Positions 1 to 9,952 are shown, counted from the first letter of the stretch. The stretch: 64,000 nt of DNA from Bacteroidales bacterium (GCA_045598025.1 JAZLLH010000060.1:10553-74552), one strand, 5' to 3'. Translations and numbers: made by a program. The notes: a model not told the origin generated them from the sequence alone.

Positions 1-1437
1 CAGAACCTTCTGCTGATAATACAGCACACTGCTCTCCACTTCTTTGCGGGTGCGGCCCCATGCCACCGTAGCCAGTTTATTGGCCTTTCTGTACTTCCAA
101 ACCAGGGCCTGCTCGTCATAAGCGAGCTGACCGCAACAATCAAAAAGGGAAGGAAGCTTCGTATTGCCGCAAAAAATCGGAATGCGTGGACTTTCAGCCG
201 GATTGTCAACGCTGAACCAACAGATGCCGCCCACTTCATCGGGAAGCCAGTCTCGTAATTGGATAATATGTGAATAGGAACACCAGGCTACAGACACCGT
301 ACGCTGGAAAGTCACAGCTCCAGACTGCAGACTGTTGAGCAGATTCTGCATATTGCCGTTCATCCACGGATTGGCTACAGGACTGACCACCGTATCATGA
401 AAGGTATTTCCGTCATTGTCCTTTCGGACTGTCACTGTCTTGAGATTGCGGGTCATGTCCATATCCGTACCCTCGAAAGTGGAACGGAAAAGTTCCATTA
501 CTTTTTCCACATCCACCTTTTCATCCGGTTTGACGGAAAAAGGCAATTCAGGCATATCCATACTCAAATGAAGCGAAGGAGCCAAAGCATTCAGGATAAA
601 AAATTCACGTTCCCTGAAATTTTTTCCGGCTCCATAGGATGAATTATAGGCCTTCCAAAAGACAAAATCTCCCTTTCCGTCCCAAAGTCCGAACTTTTCG
701 GCAACAGCCTCCACATTGTCCGACGCCATGAAATTTTTTTTGTCCGAACGGTCAATTTTCCCGATACGGGGAATGTTGCAGGACACGGCCACCTCATCGT
801 CAGGCACCCTTTGGGCAACCCACACGCCTCCGGGGCAACCTTTCCCGGCACCGCACACTTCAAATTGCCAAACCTCCTTGGTATCGGCAATGGTGAGGCA
901 TTCTCCTCCATCCGCATATCCGTATTTTTCAATCAATTCACCCATCAGACGAATGGCATCCCTTGCCGTTGTGCAACGCATCAGGGCCACCCGCTCCAAT
1001 TCCTCAATCAGAAACATGTTGTCGGGATTGACCAGCGTGTCCGGTCCGGAAAAAGTGGACTCACCCATGGCCAGTTGCTTTTCGTTCATACATGGATAGG
1101 CTGTATTCAAATAGGCATAGGTGTGGGCTATCTGAGGAATTTCTCCTGCAATGGTGACGCCTTTCACATCATTTCTGTCGGCTGTGTGCATCGTTCCTTT
1201 GCGCACTTGCTGCACACTACCTTCCGCCCAATCCCGGGCAGGTTCCATGACTGCCCAGGTGCGGTAACGCCCGTCGCAGGTATGGGAGGTGATGACCGAC
1301 CCGTCTTTACTGGCCTTTTTTCCCACCATGATACTGGTACAGCTCTGGCCGGGATAAAGCACTCCGTCCAGCGACTGTGCGGACAGTTGCAGGCAGAAAC
1401 CGACAGCAAGCAACATCAAGACTACTGACTTCTTCAT
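1..1437 (-). CDS. C69 family dipeptidase, secreted; partial (C-terminus lies beyond window start)
   Basis: Absent from the ORF track because it has no stop in the window. My translation from ATG 1437-1435 gives MKKSVVLMLLAVGFCLQLSAQSLDGVLYPGQSCTSIMVGKKASKDGSVITSHTCDGRYRTWAVMEPARDWAEGSVQQVR. That is a signal peptide followed by the nucleophile-Cys context (C-T-S-x-x-V-G-K..S.DGS) typical of peptidase C69. The frame is open for the 79 codons I translated and must stay open to position 1, otherwise a listed ORF would exist. Confidence 0.8.
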   Translation of the reverse strand, partial: MKKSVVLMLLAVGFCLQLSAQSLDGVLYPGQSCTSIMVGKKASKDGSVITSHTCDGRYRTWAVMEPARDWAEGSVQQVRKGTMHTADRNDVKGVTIAGEIPQIAHTYAYLNTAYPCMNEKQLAMGESTFSGPDTLVNPDNMFLIEELERVALMRCTTARDAIRLMGELIEKYGYADGGECLTIADTKEVWQFEVCGAGKGCPGGVWVAQRVPDDEVAVSCNIPRIGKIDRSDKKNFMASDNVEAVAEKFGLWDGKGDFVFWKAYNSSYGAGKNFREREFFILNALAPSLHLSMDMPELPFSVKPDEKVDVEKVMELFRSTFEGTDMDMTRNLKTVTVRKDNDGNTFHDTVVSPVANPWMNGNMQNLLNSLQSGAVTFQRTVSVAWCSYSHIIQLRDWLPDEVGGICWFSVDNPAESPRIPIFCGNTKLPSLFDCCGQLAYDEQALVWKYRKANKLATVAWGRTRKEVESSVLYYQQKVL

Positions 1438-1465
1438 GATAATCTAACGTATTTGGTACAAAATG

Positions 1466-1473
1466 CAAAAGTA
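1466..1473 (-). promoter_or_regulatory. Bacteroidetes-type -7 promoter box (TAnnTTTG)
   Basis: The minus strand reads TACTTTTG, 28 nt upstream of ATG 1437. Confidence 0.55.
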
Positions 1474-1515
1474 CTAAAAAAATCCATATCTCCGAAGAAA
1501 TGTCCGAATTTTGAC

Positions 1516-1523
1516 TACTTTTG
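1516..1523 (+). promoter_or_regulatory. Bacteroidetes-type -7 promoter box (TAnnTTTG)
   Basis: TACTTTTG lies 21 nt upstream of ATG 1545. Confidence 0.55.
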
Positions 1524-1544
1524 CGGTTTCAAAAATACGGAACG

Positions 1545-3893
1545 ATGAACAGACATTTTATTTACTCATTCATACTGCTGCTGTGCGTCTGCTGTCACAC
1601 GGGCGCACAAAACCGCTGCGACAGCCTGCACGTAACCCACTACACCCTGAATCTGGACCTCACCGACATACAAGGCCGGCAACTGGACGGGCACTGCACG
1701 CTGAAACTCATTCCCAAACAGCCGCTATCGGAAATCCGGCTTGACCTGCTGCACCTGCAAGTGGATTCCGTGCGGATGAATGGGGCAATACTCCCTTTCA
1801 CACACAACGATACCGTACTGCATATCAGGAAGAGCATCATCCCTGCCCTTGTCGGGGATACACTGGATGTGGAAGTATGGTACCACGGGAGACCTTACTG
1901 CGAACGTTTCGGAGGATTCTATTTTTCAGGCGAATATGCCTTCAACATGGGGGTGGCCATCACCAGCATTCCGCACAATTTCGGAAAATCCTGGTTTCCT
2001 TGTGTGGACGAATTCACGGACAAAGCTTCCTATACCTGCCACATCCGCACCCAAAAACAGCATAGAGCTGTCTGCGGAGGATTGCTGACAGACTCCCTGT
2101 ATCTTGCAGACAGCAGCCGCATCTGGACTTGGGAACTGGCACAGGCCATTCCCACCTATCTTGCCTCTGTCGCTGCAGGCCCCTACGAAGTGATAAGAGA
2201 TTGCTACACTTCCATCGACGGGAGGAATCTGCCCATAGAAATTTTCGTTCCGGGCTCTCTCTGCGAACAGGCAAAAAGCAGTTTTTCCCGTCTGAAACCC
2301 ATCCTCAGCATGTTTGAGGAACATTTCGGTCCCTACCCCTTCGACCGCATCGGCTACGTGGGCGTTCCTTTCGGATCCGGTGCCATGGAACACGCCACCA
2401 ATATAGCCTATCCCATCTACGCAATCGATGGAAAACGGACTTATGAATCCCTCTACGCACACGAACTTTCGCATGCCTGGTTCGGAGATGCCGTCACCTG
2501 TGAAAAAGCAGAAGACATGTGGCTGAATGAGGGTTTTGCCCGCTGGTGCGAGGGACTCTTGGCCGAATATTTCTCCCACGAGGGGGAACAGGCAATCGCC
2601 AATGGGGAAGCCTACCGGAAATGGTTTGAGAAACTGCACCGCAGTGTACTGCTGCAAACCCCTTCCACGGACGGTGGCTACCATGCGCTGGATCAAGTTC
2701 CGCAGGAGCATACCTACGGCTCAACCACCTACGACAAAGGTGCCGTCACCGTGTACAGCCTGAGATCCTATCTGGGAGACAGCCTCTTTTTTCACTGCAT
2801 GAAGACCTATCTGCAGAAATTTGCATACCGCAATGCATCCACGGACGACTTCCTGCATTTTCTGTCCGAGGAAAGCGGAAGGGATATGGAGAATTTTTTT
2901 CTGGAAAGGGTGAAACAGCCTGGATTCCTTCAGGCTGTAATTGATTCCGTCCGCGAAACAGAGAACGGTACGGACGTCAAGGTATACCTGAGGCAAAAGA
3001 CACATCATGCGGAACAGCACGTTCCCGTCATGCATACAAACCTTGGATTCCTGATGGAAAACGGAAAAATGTACCACTGCAAGGACCTGCATTGGGACGG
3101 CCTCACCGGATGCGTAGAAACAAGCGTTCCCCATGGAATAGTATGGGTCGTCGTTGACCCGGAATCCCGCCTGTCGGATGCAAGCATCGATACCTGCATG
3201 CATTTTTCCTCCCGCTTTTCGGGCAGTATTTCCTTCGGTGACGGAGACATGGCGATGAAAGATTTACGCTGTGATTCCGGACTGTTGTACATGGAGCATA
3301 TCTGGGTAACTCCGGATGCACCTCAGGACAATCCGCATGTATACCGCACTTCTTCCACCCATTACTGGCGCATCGGATGCACGGACCCGGAATGGAGCGC
3401 AGGAAATCTATATTTTACATACCGTGCACAAAGTAAGGATGATCCGGATTATGAACTGATACAGGGATACCAGAAAAAAGACTACCTGCTGCTCTACCGC
3501 AGGGATGCATCCGAAAACTGGAGAAGGATTCCGTTCTCACAGAATGGCACTGTCGGAAGAGGAAACATCGGCACGCCCTTTGCGAGAAACGGCGAATACT
3601 GCCTGGCCGTCGGCGATACGGCAGCCATGAGATTGCCGGACAGCATCGGGAAAAGCAGCCTGCGCATTTATCCCAATCCGACCCGCGATTACTTTCATAT
3701 CGATCTGAACGGACATCCGGAACTGTGTCTGCTCCGCATCTATAGTTCCGACGGGAGATATCTGGGAGAAAAAGTGCTGCAGAACGAAACAGCCGAAATT
3801 TCCACACAAGGAATGCCGGCCGGCACTTACTTTTTGGAATTTCTGTCTTCTGATGGAAAGATATGCGAATGGAAAAAGATTTGTATCCGCTGA
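1545..3893 (+). CDS. M1 family zinc aminopeptidase with T9SS C-terminal sorting domain
   Basis: ORF 1521-3893. The likely start is ATG 1545 (MNRHFIYSFILLLCVCCHTGAQ signal peptide). It has a GSGAMEH exopeptidase-like motif and HELSH-x18-E (HELSHAWFGDAVTCEKAEDMWLNEGF), the gluzincin M1 signature. The C-terminal ~80 aa (LRIYPNPTRDYFHIDL...GTYFLEFLSSDGKICEWKKICIR) fit the T9SS sorting-domain pattern. Confidence 0.85.
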   Translation: MNRHFIYSFILLLCVCCHTGAQNRCDSLHVTHYTLNLDLTDIQGRQLDGHCTLKLIPKQPLSEIRLDLLHLQVDSVRMNGAILPFTHNDTVLHIRKSIIPALVGDTLDVEVWYHGRPYCERFGGFYFSGEYAFNMGVAITSIPHNFGKSWFPCVDEFTDKASYTCHIRTQKQHRAVCGGLLTDSLYLADSSRIWTWELAQAIPTYLASVAAGPYEVIRDCYTSIDGRNLPIEIFVPGSLCEQAKSSFSRLKPILSMFEEHFGPYPFDRIGYVGVPFGSGAMEHATNIAYPIYAIDGKRTYESLYAHELSHAWFGDAVTCEKAEDMWLNEGFARWCEGLLAEYFSHEGEQAIANGEAYRKWFEKLHRSVLLQTPSTDGGYHALDQVPQEHTYGSTTYDKGAVTVYSLRSYLGDSLFFHCMKTYLQKFAYRNASTDDFLHFLSEESGRDMENFFLERVKQPGFLQAVIDSVRETENGTDVKVYLRQKTHHAEQHVPVMHTNLGFLMENGKMYHCKDLHWDGLTGCVETSVPHGIVWVVVDPESRLSDASIDTCMHFSSRFSGSISFGDGDMAMKDLRCDSGLLYMEHIWVTPDAPQDNPHVYRTSSTHYWRIGCTDPEWSAGNLYFTYRAQSKDDPDYELIQGYQKKDYLLLYRRDASENWRRIPFSQNGTVGRGNIGTPFARNGEYCLAVGDTAAMRLPDSIGKSSLRIYPNPTRDYFHIDLNGHPELCLLRIYSSDGRYLGEKVLQNETAEISTQGMPAGTYFLEFLSSDGKICEWKKICIR

Positions 3894-4091
3894 TATCGGA
3901 GTGGAAATCATGCGAAAAAAAATGCATCATCACCTTGCATTTCCCCCTCTGCCTTTGGAAACAGTTCGCTTTCAATCTGGAATGCACAAATACAATCAAT
4001 TTATTTACAATAATTTAAAGTATTTTATATAAATAATTTTACCCCATTCGAAAAAAATACCGACAAGAGACGAACATATCGGAAAAATGAC

Positions 4092-4099
4092 TACTTTTG
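4092..4099 (+). promoter_or_regulatory. Bacteroidetes-type -7 promoter box (TAnnTTTG)
   Basis: TACTTTTG lies 31 nt upstream of the rplU ATG at 4131. Confidence 0.6.
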
Positions 4100-4130
4100 C
4101 AGTCCGAAATTATAAACTATAACAATAATT

Positions 4131-4442
4131 ATGTACGCAATTGTAGAAATAGCAGGGCAACAATTTAAGATTGAAGAGAATCAGAAGATTTTCGTTCACC
4201 GCCTGAATGCTGAAGAAGGGTCAAAAGTGAATTTTGACAGAGTAATGTTGGTTGATAACAACGGTTCTGTGAAAGTGGGCACCCCCACCGTCAGTGGTGC
4301 GAAGGTATCGGCTACCGTTTTGAGCCATTTGAAAGGAGACAAGGTTCTTGTATTCAAGAAAATCCGCAGAAAAGGATACCAGAAATGCAATGGACACCGT
4401 CAGTACCTGAGTCAGATCCAGATTGAAAAAATCGACGCTTAA
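4131..4442 (+). CDS. rplU: 50S ribosomal protein L21
   Basis: 103 aa starting [25 protein letters not shown], the canonical L21 N-terminus. It is followed by L27, the conserved gene order. Confidence 0.97.
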   Translation: MYAIVEIAGQQFKIEENQKIFVHRLNAEEGSKVNFDRVMLVDNNGSVKVGTPTVSGAKVSATVLSHLKGDKVLVFKKIRRKGYQKCNGHRQYLSQIQIEKIDA

Positions 4443-4477
4443 TAAATTTAGTAACAACAACGTAAAAAAGAAAAGCC

Positions 4478-4750
4478 ATGGCACATAAAAAAGGTGTGGG
4501 TAGTACCCAGAACGGCCGCGAATCCGAAAGCAAACGTTTAGGAATTAAAATTTATGGCGGTCAATTTGCAAAAGCCGGTAACATCATCGTCCGTCAACGC
4601 GGAACTTTGCACAAACCGGGTGAAAACGTGGGTCTTGGAAAGGATCATACCATCTTCTCACTGATTGACGGTGTGGTTTGTTTCAAGAAAAAAGCTCAGG
4701 GCAAATCCTATGTATCCGTACTCCCGATGGGAGAAAGCGCCCAGAACTAA
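4478..4750 (+). CDS. rpmA: 50S ribosomal protein L27
   Basis: 90 aa starting [24 protein letters not shown], the canonical L27 N-terminus. Confidence 0.97.
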   Translation: MAHKKGVGSTQNGRESESKRLGIKIYGGQFAKAGNIIVRQRGTLHKPGENVGLGKDHTIFSLIDGVVCFKKKAQGKSYVSVLPMGESAQN

Positions 4751-4776
4751 TCTGTTTTCCATACAGTAAACACAGA

Positions 4777-4804
4777 CTGCACCAATTCGATTGGTGCAGT
4801 TTTT
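4777..4804 (+). terminator. Rho-independent terminator after rpmA
   Basis: A 10-bp perfect stem, CTGCACCAAT (4777-4786) / ATTGGTGCAG (4790-4799), has a 3-nt loop and is followed by TTTTT. Confidence 0.8.
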
Positions 4805-4839
4805 ATTTAAAAAATGACTCATCTTAAAAAATACCATCC

Positions 4840-5595
4840 ATGAAAAAAATTAAAATTGCACTCCTCGCCTTCTGCAGCATCTGCCTGGCAAACACCAATG
4901 CCCAATCCATTGAAATACACGACTTCTTCAACAGCGACAAAACATTCGCCAATGGAGATACGCTGGAATTCTTTATCGGTTCGTTGGAACAGAAGTATGA
5001 AAACATTTTCGTGTCTGTCAAAAACATCAGCATGAATACAATACACGTCAACCTTAAACAAACCGTACTGAACCGCCTTGAAAATGCCATATACTCCTTT
5101 TGCTGGGGAACCTGTTACGACGACCCCATGACAAGCACTTTGGTGGGAGATCCCGAAATGGCAGTGGAAATCAACAGCGGAAGTTTGGCCTCGGAACTCT
5201 GCATCTGCGATTTCTGCGCCAATGGCACTGCCGGTGTAACCTACGTTCGCTATACCTTTTTCGATCAGAACAATCCCGATGACTCCTGCTGTTTTATTGT
5301 CAAATACAATGACGCCAAGGTAGGCATTTCTGAAACGGAAGCACCCGCCATCCACTTGTCCGCCTTCCCCAACCCTGCAACAGACTGCATCCGCATCCGC
5401 GTTGAGCAGATGCAAATACCGGAACAGGCCATGCTTCGCGTTTGCGACATAAAGGGAGCCGTTCTCTTCGAAGGAGCGTTCACCGGACAGGAAATGGACA
5501 TACCTACCGGTAACTGGAGCAACGGAACCTATTTCTGCTCTCTGATTGACCCAAGAGGCACTTTGGAAGTAAAACAATTCAACATACAAAGATAA
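4840..5595 (+). CDS. Hypothetical secreted protein with T9SS C-terminal sorting domain
   Basis: It has a signal peptide (MKKIKIALLAFCSICLANTNAQS) and a Cys-rich middle region. The C-terminus (LSAFPNPATDCIRIRV...GTYFCSLIDPRGTLEVKQFNIQR) fits the T9SS tail pattern. I recognise no family. Confidence 0.7.
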   Translation: MKKIKIALLAFCSICLANTNAQSIEIHDFFNSDKTFANGDTLEFFIGSLEQKYENIFVSVKNISMNTIHVNLKQTVLNRLENAIYSFCWGTCYDDPMTSTLVGDPEMAVEINSGSLASELCICDFCANGTAGVTYVRYTFFDQNNPDDSCCFIVKYNDAKVGISETEAPAIHLSAFPNPATDCIRIRVEQMQIPEQAMLRVCDIKGAVLFEGAFTGQEMDIPTGNWSNGTYFCSLIDPRGTLEVKQFNIQR

Positions 5596-5600
5596 ACGGC

Positions 5601-6623
5601 ATGAAACAACGCGTATTGGTCACCGGAGGTACCGGATATATCGGTTCACACACCGTAATTGCCCTGTTGGAACAGGGACATGAAGTGGTCATTGCCGACA
5701 ATCTTTCCAACTCTGAACGGAAAGTACTGGACCGCATTGAAAAAATCAGCGGGAAACGCCCCGCTTTCGAAGAAATCGATTTGTCCGAGCCCGAGGCCTG
5801 CCACCGCCTGTTCGAACAGCACGGACTGGATACCGTCATTCACTTTGCAGCCCATAAATACGTGAACGAATCCGTACAGCAGCCCCTGCGCTACTACCGC
5901 AACAATTTCGGCAGCACACTCAACCTGCTGACCGAAATGCAGCGGCACGAAGTCAAAAGGTTCATTTTTTCCTCTTCCTGCACTGTATACGGAGAGCCGG
6001 ATCAATTGCCTGTTACAGAGGAATTCCCGGTCAAAAAAGCCATGTCGCCCTATGGAAACACCAAACAGGTGATAGAAGAAATCCTTTCCGACTGTTGCAA
6101 GGCACAACCCGATCTGCAGGTCACCGCACTCCGCTATTTCAACCCCATAGGTGCGCATCCATCGGGAGAAATCGGAGAAAATCCCCACGGTATTCCCCAA
6201 AATCTGCTTCCCTACCTGACTCAGACAGCCATCGGCATGAGGGAATGCCTGTCCGTATACGGCGACGACTACGACACAGCGGACGGCAGCTGCATACGCG
6301 ACTACATCCATGTGTATGACCTGGCCAAGGCCCATGTAAAGGCCATGGACCGCATGACATCCTGCCACAGACCCTCCAACTACGAAGTATTCAACATCGG
6401 GACCGGACACGGATACACCGTACTGGAACTCATACACACTTTTGAAAAAGTGAGCGGCATCCGCTTGAACTACAAGATTGCGGGAAGACGCGAAGGGGAT
6501 ATTCCCCAGATATGGGCCGATACACGCAAAGCCCATGACGTCCTCGGTTGGGAAGCCGAATACGGATTGGAAGACATGCTCCGTTCCGCATGGATGTGGG
6601 AACAGAAAATGAAACAGGAGTAA
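5601..6623 (+). CDS. galE: UDP-glucose 4-epimerase
   Basis: 340 aa with MKQRVLVTGGTGYIGSHTV (Rossmann GxxGxxG), the SSSCTVYG and YGNTK (YxxxK) motifs, and GalE-like length. Confidence 0.92.
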   Translation: MKQRVLVTGGTGYIGSHTVIALLEQGHEVVIADNLSNSERKVLDRIEKISGKRPAFEEIDLSEPEACHRLFEQHGLDTVIHFAAHKYVNESVQQPLRYYRNNFGSTLNLLTEMQRHEVKRFIFSSSCTVYGEPDQLPVTEEFPVKKAMSPYGNTKQVIEEILSDCCKAQPDLQVTALRYFNPIGAHPSGEIGENPHGIPQNLLPYLTQTAIGMRECLSVYGDDYDTADGSCIRDYIHVYDLAKAHVKAMDRMTSCHRPSNYEVFNIGTGHGYTVLELIHTFEKVSGIRLNYKIAGRREGDIPQIWADTRKAHDVLGWEAEYGLEDMLRSAWMWEQKMKQE

Positions 6624-6624
6624 A

Positions 6625-7599
6625 ATGTACGAGTCTGCCCTCCATACGGAAAAGAGCATTGCTGTTGTCATTCCCTGCTACAAAGTGGAATCACAAATCG
6701 CTGAAGTTCTTTCAACGGTTCCGTCTTTCGTGGACCGCATCATCACTGTCGATGACTGCTCTCCGGACCGGACCGGCACCCTCCTGGACGAAGCGGCAGC
6801 GAACGACGCACGCATCTGCGTGATTCACCACGAAAACAATCAGGGAGTAGGTGGAGCTGTATGCAGCGGATTCCGCAAAGCCCTGGAATGGGATGCGGAC
6901 ATTATCGTCAAAATGGATGGAGATGGTCAGATGGACGCCTCCTATATAGAAAAAATGGCGGAAATTCTCACCACCACCCCCTACGATTTCGTCAAGGGAA
7001 ACCGTTTTCACGACCGCAGACACATTGACCGCATGCCGACCGTACGCCGCATCGGAAACATGGGCATGGGATTCCTCATCAAAATGGCTTCCGGATACTG
7101 GAACATCAGCGACCCGACCAATGGATATTTTGCCATCCGCAAGGAAACACTGCAACAGATTGAATGGTCGAATCTGTCGCCCCGTTTTTTCTTCGAAAGT
7201 TCGCTCATCATAGAATTGTACTACGTCGGCGCCCGCATCAAAGACCTGGCCATGCCAGCCATTTACGGGAACGAGAAATCCAATCTCTCCGTAACCCAAA
7301 CATTGCTGACTTTCCCGTACAAACTCTGCAAGGCTTTCTTTCACCGTATCCGCATGCGCTATTTCATCTGTGATTTCAACATCAACTCCCTGTATATTCT
7401 TTTCGGGAGCCCGCTTTTCCTGTTCGGAATCATCTTCGGCCTGTGCAAATGGATTCACTACACCCGACTGCAGGCCCTCACTCCTACCGGTACTATCATG
7501 ATAGCCGTACTGAGTGTAGTATTGGGATTCCAGATGCTGCTGGCTTCCATACAGTATGATATTACGGCCGGAAATCCTTTTGAAAAAGGAAGGGAATAA
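6625..7599 (+). CDS. GT2 family glycosyltransferase, polyprenyl-phosphate glycosyltransferase-like (GtrB/DPM1-like)
   Basis: It has VVIPCYKVE...VDDCSPDRTG...MDGDGQMD GT-A motifs. Two C-terminal TM helices (LYILFGSPLFLFGIIFGL, IMIAVLSVVLGFQMLLASI) are present. The ATG starts 1 nt after the galE stop. Confidence 0.8.
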   Translation: MYESALHTEKSIAVVIPCYKVESQIAEVLSTVPSFVDRIITVDDCSPDRTGTLLDEAAANDARICVIHHENNQGVGGAVCSGFRKALEWDADIIVKMDGDGQMDASYIEKMAEILTTTPYDFVKGNRFHDRRHIDRMPTVRRIGNMGMGFLIKMASGYWNISDPTNGYFAIRKETLQQIEWSNLSPRFFFESSLIIELYYVGARIKDLAMPAIYGNEKSNLSVTQTLLTFPYKLCKAFFHRIRMRYFICDFNINSLYILFGSPLFLFGIIFGLCKWIHYTRLQALTPTGTIMIAVLSVVLGFQMLLASIQYDITAGNPFEKGRE

Positions 7600-7610
7600 A
7601 TAGTAGATAT

Positions 7611-8792
7611 CTACCTTTTATTCTGCATATTCAATTCGGTAAAAATCCGGGTAGTGGAAGCATAATGATCCGAAGCCTTCTTTCGGATGACATTATGCCC
7701 CCAGGGTTCCAGTGTGCCGGAACAGAAGATGTAGTCAATCCGGAAACGAAGCAGGCGGTTCATCACAAAGGTATTGCCTCTACCTACACCGCTGCTGACA
7801 AAAGAATCCGTCAAACGACGACTGAAACTTCGGTAGGTATAAGACCAGGGAGTATCGTTGAAATCTCCACACAAAATAACCGGATACGGAGATTGATCTA
7901 CGTGGGCTACAATGGTATCCACCTGTTTGCAACGCACATCATAGGCCGCTTTCAATTTCTTCAGGATGCGCTTGGATCCCGCTTTCAGATCCTCTTCCTG
8001 AGGAGAAGCATCCACCGTAGTGACACTGAGGGCAAAACGGTAATCTTCCTCTTGGAAACGTATAGACTGCAGATGCAGATTGTAGACTCTGAAGGTATCG
8101 ACTCCTATGAGAATATCGGCATACAGGGCCGAACGGCGGTCCAAAATGCCGGGGACTCCGATATAACCGGATTGAAGTACAGGATATTTGGATAGGATGA
8201 CATTTCCCAAATAATGTCTCGATTCAGGCAATGTGGAAGGAACAATGTTTACATGCTCCGGTAACTGTTTCCGCAAAAGGGAAGTCGTAGGAAAGCGGGT
8301 GTCGGATGTATGATAATACTCCTGCAGGCACAGTATATCCGGCTTTTCGTCCGATATGATGTTCAGCATGCTATCCCTGTAATCCGTACACAAAGAGGGA
8401 TCTTCAGCCGATTTTCCCTTGTAGATACCGAAAAGCTGCACATTGTAGGTCATGATGTCCGTACGCAGCATTTTCTGATACGGCAAGTCGGAGGCCACTC
8501 CGGAATAAGGATAATAACGCATCAGGTAGGGAATTCCTGCTATGACGGTCAAAAACGGCAGCAAGAAAAAAAGATGCCGCTGCACCAACCAGTATACAAT
8601 ACACAACAAATTGATAATCAAAATATATGGATACATCAAACCGGATAGGGCGATGATCAGGCTGCGGTCTGGAGAAACAAAATCAGCTAAATACGACAAT
8701 ATTAGCAGCAGGACTGAAAAAACGGTAAACAACAGCATCAACAGGTTCCACCAACTAAAACTTTTTTTATGAGAGAACTTTTTCGAAGCCAT
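7611..8792 (-). CDS. Endonuclease/exonuclease/phosphatase (EEP) family membrane protein
   Basis: 393 aa with N-terminal TM helices. The ILCLQEY, VILCGDFNDTPWS and IDYIFCS...SDH motifs are typical of the EEP fold. Confidence 0.7.
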   Translation of the reverse strand: MASKKFSHKKSFSWWNLLMLLFTVFSVLLLILSYLADFVSPDRSLIIALSGLMYPYILIINLLCIVYWLVQRHLFFLLPFLTVIAGIPYLMRYYPYSGVASDLPYQKMLRTDIMTYNVQLFGIYKGKSAEDPSLCTDYRDSMLNIISDEKPDILCLQEYYHTSDTRFPTTSLLRKQLPEHVNIVPSTLPESRHYLGNVILSKYPVLQSGYIGVPGILDRRSALYADILIGVDTFRVYNLHLQSIRFQEEDYRFALSVTTVDASPQEEDLKAGSKRILKKLKAAYDVRCKQVDTIVAHVDQSPYPVILCGDFNDTPWSYTYRSFSRRLTDSFVSSGVGRGNTFVMNRLLRFRIDYIFCSGTLEPWGHNVIRKKASDHYASTTRIFTELNMQNKR

Positions 8793-8794
8793 AG

Positions 8795-9952
8795 TTACCA
8801 GTTCGTTTCTTTATTACTGCTTTTGAAAAGAAAATCCTTCTCTTCCTCCGTGAGATTCTGATAACCGGATTTGGACACCTTGTCCAGAATCTCGTCAATG
8901 CGACGGCGGTTTTCTGCCCGTTCACGGTTGAATTCTTCGTCCGTTTTCGGACGGCGGGAAGATTCGGCATGCATGGACCGGCTGGAACGACGAGCCTCTC
9001 TTCTTTCCCTTCTGCGCTCCAGAAACTGTTGCCACCGATCCTTCCATGCGGCACCGTCTTCTGAAAAATCATCATCATAGGTGTCGTAATAACCGTAAGA
9101 TTCTCCCTCACGGTCTTTTTTTCGCCACCACCATATCAGCAACAGACCGAAGACCATGCCACCCAAATGGGCAAAATGGGCCACTCCGTCGGCCGTTCCG
9201 AAAATACCGGAACCCAATTCGATCAGACCGAAAATCAGGACAAACCACTTGGCTCGGATAGGGAAAAGGAAATAGAGATACACTCTGTCGTTAGGGAATA
9301 ACACTCCGAAGGCCAGCAACAAACCGTATATGGAACCGGAAGCTCCGACAATGTTGGGGATCCCGGCATAATAATCCATATAATTATTCAGGAAACGGTT
9401 CACTTCCTCAATGGCATTCACATTTTGGGGTTGCTGGGACAAAATGCCGACATTCTGACGGAATACGGCAAACTGATCCCATATATCGCCGGATTGCGGA
9501 TTGAGCATGAACTGGTGGTTTTGCAACAAACGGGACAGATGTTCCACATCCGTTGACTGTATGCAGGACTGTATCAAAGCCATATCCGGTCCCAATTGCA
9601 CTGATACTATCAGATAGTGGGTCAGGGCCGCTCCTATCCCGGTCAGGATGTAGTAAACGATAAAACGGCGACCTCCCCAATAATTTTCAATGACAGAACC
9701 GAACATCCACAATGCAAACATATTGAAAAACAAATGCTCGAAATTCGCATGCATGAACATGTATGTGAGGAACTGAAAAGGATAGAAATGGGAGGAACGC
9801 ATATAATGCAGTCCCATCAAATCATTCAGGTCGAATCCGAATGCACTCTTGAGTGCCCACATGGCGAAATAACACAGAGTATTGATAATCAATAGATTCT
9901 TTGTTACCACTGGCAGAAAGGAAAACCGACCGGGTGAATAGGTGTCGCTCAT
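8795..9952 (-). CDS. Rhomboid family intramembrane serine protease with long charged C-terminal tail
   Basis: ORF 8795-10027. The likely start is ATG 9952 (MSDTYSPGRFSF), because the longer form starts at TTG. It carries HANFEHLFFNMFALWMFG (TM2 H..H...N), GASGSIYGLL (catalytic Ser) and AHLGGMVFG (catalytic His). The stop lies 2 nt upstream of the EEP gene start. Confidence 0.8.
   Translation of the reverse strand: MSDTYSPGRFSFLPVVTKNLLIINTLCYFAMWALKSAFGFDLNDLMGLHYMRSSHFYPFQFLTYMFMHANFEHLFFNMFALWMFGSVIENYWGGRRFIVYYILTGIGAALTHYLIVSVQLGPDMALIQSCIQSTDVEHLSRLLQNHQFMLNPQSGDIWDQFAVFRQNVGILSQQPQNVNAIEEVNRFLNNYMDYYAGIPNIVGASGSIYGLLLAFGVLFPNDRVYLYFLFPIRAKWFVLIFGLIELGSGIFGTADGVAHFAHLGGMVFGLLLIWWWRKKDREGESYGYYDTYDDDFSEDGAAWKDRWQQFLERRRERREARRSSRSMHAESSRRPKTDEEFNRERAENRRRIDEILDKVSKSGYQNLTEEEKDFLFKSSNKETNW

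Noticed and set aside
811-1428. 205-aa plus-strand ORF at the window start
   Set aside because: It is antisense to the partial C69 dipeptidase gene, which the track omits because it has no stop codon in the window.
3894-4130. Possible ribosomal-protein leader upstream of rplU
   Set aside because: The -7 box at 4092 leaves a leader of only about 25 nt. The rest is AT-rich, promoter-upstream DNA without convincing helices.
5646-6671. 341-aa minus-strand ORF covering the whole galE gene
   Set aside because: It is an antisense shadow of an unmistakable galE. Its composition is rich in H, R, F, G and V with no recognisable motifs, which is typical of frame -1 shadows in genes with C/G-biased third positions.
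7603-7614. Perfect 12-bp palindrome GTAGATATCTAC between the convergent GT2 and EEP genes
   Set aside because: It is too short, with no loop, to form a convincing terminator hairpin. It overlaps the EEP stop codon and is probably coincidental, although it contains an EcoRV-like GATATC core.
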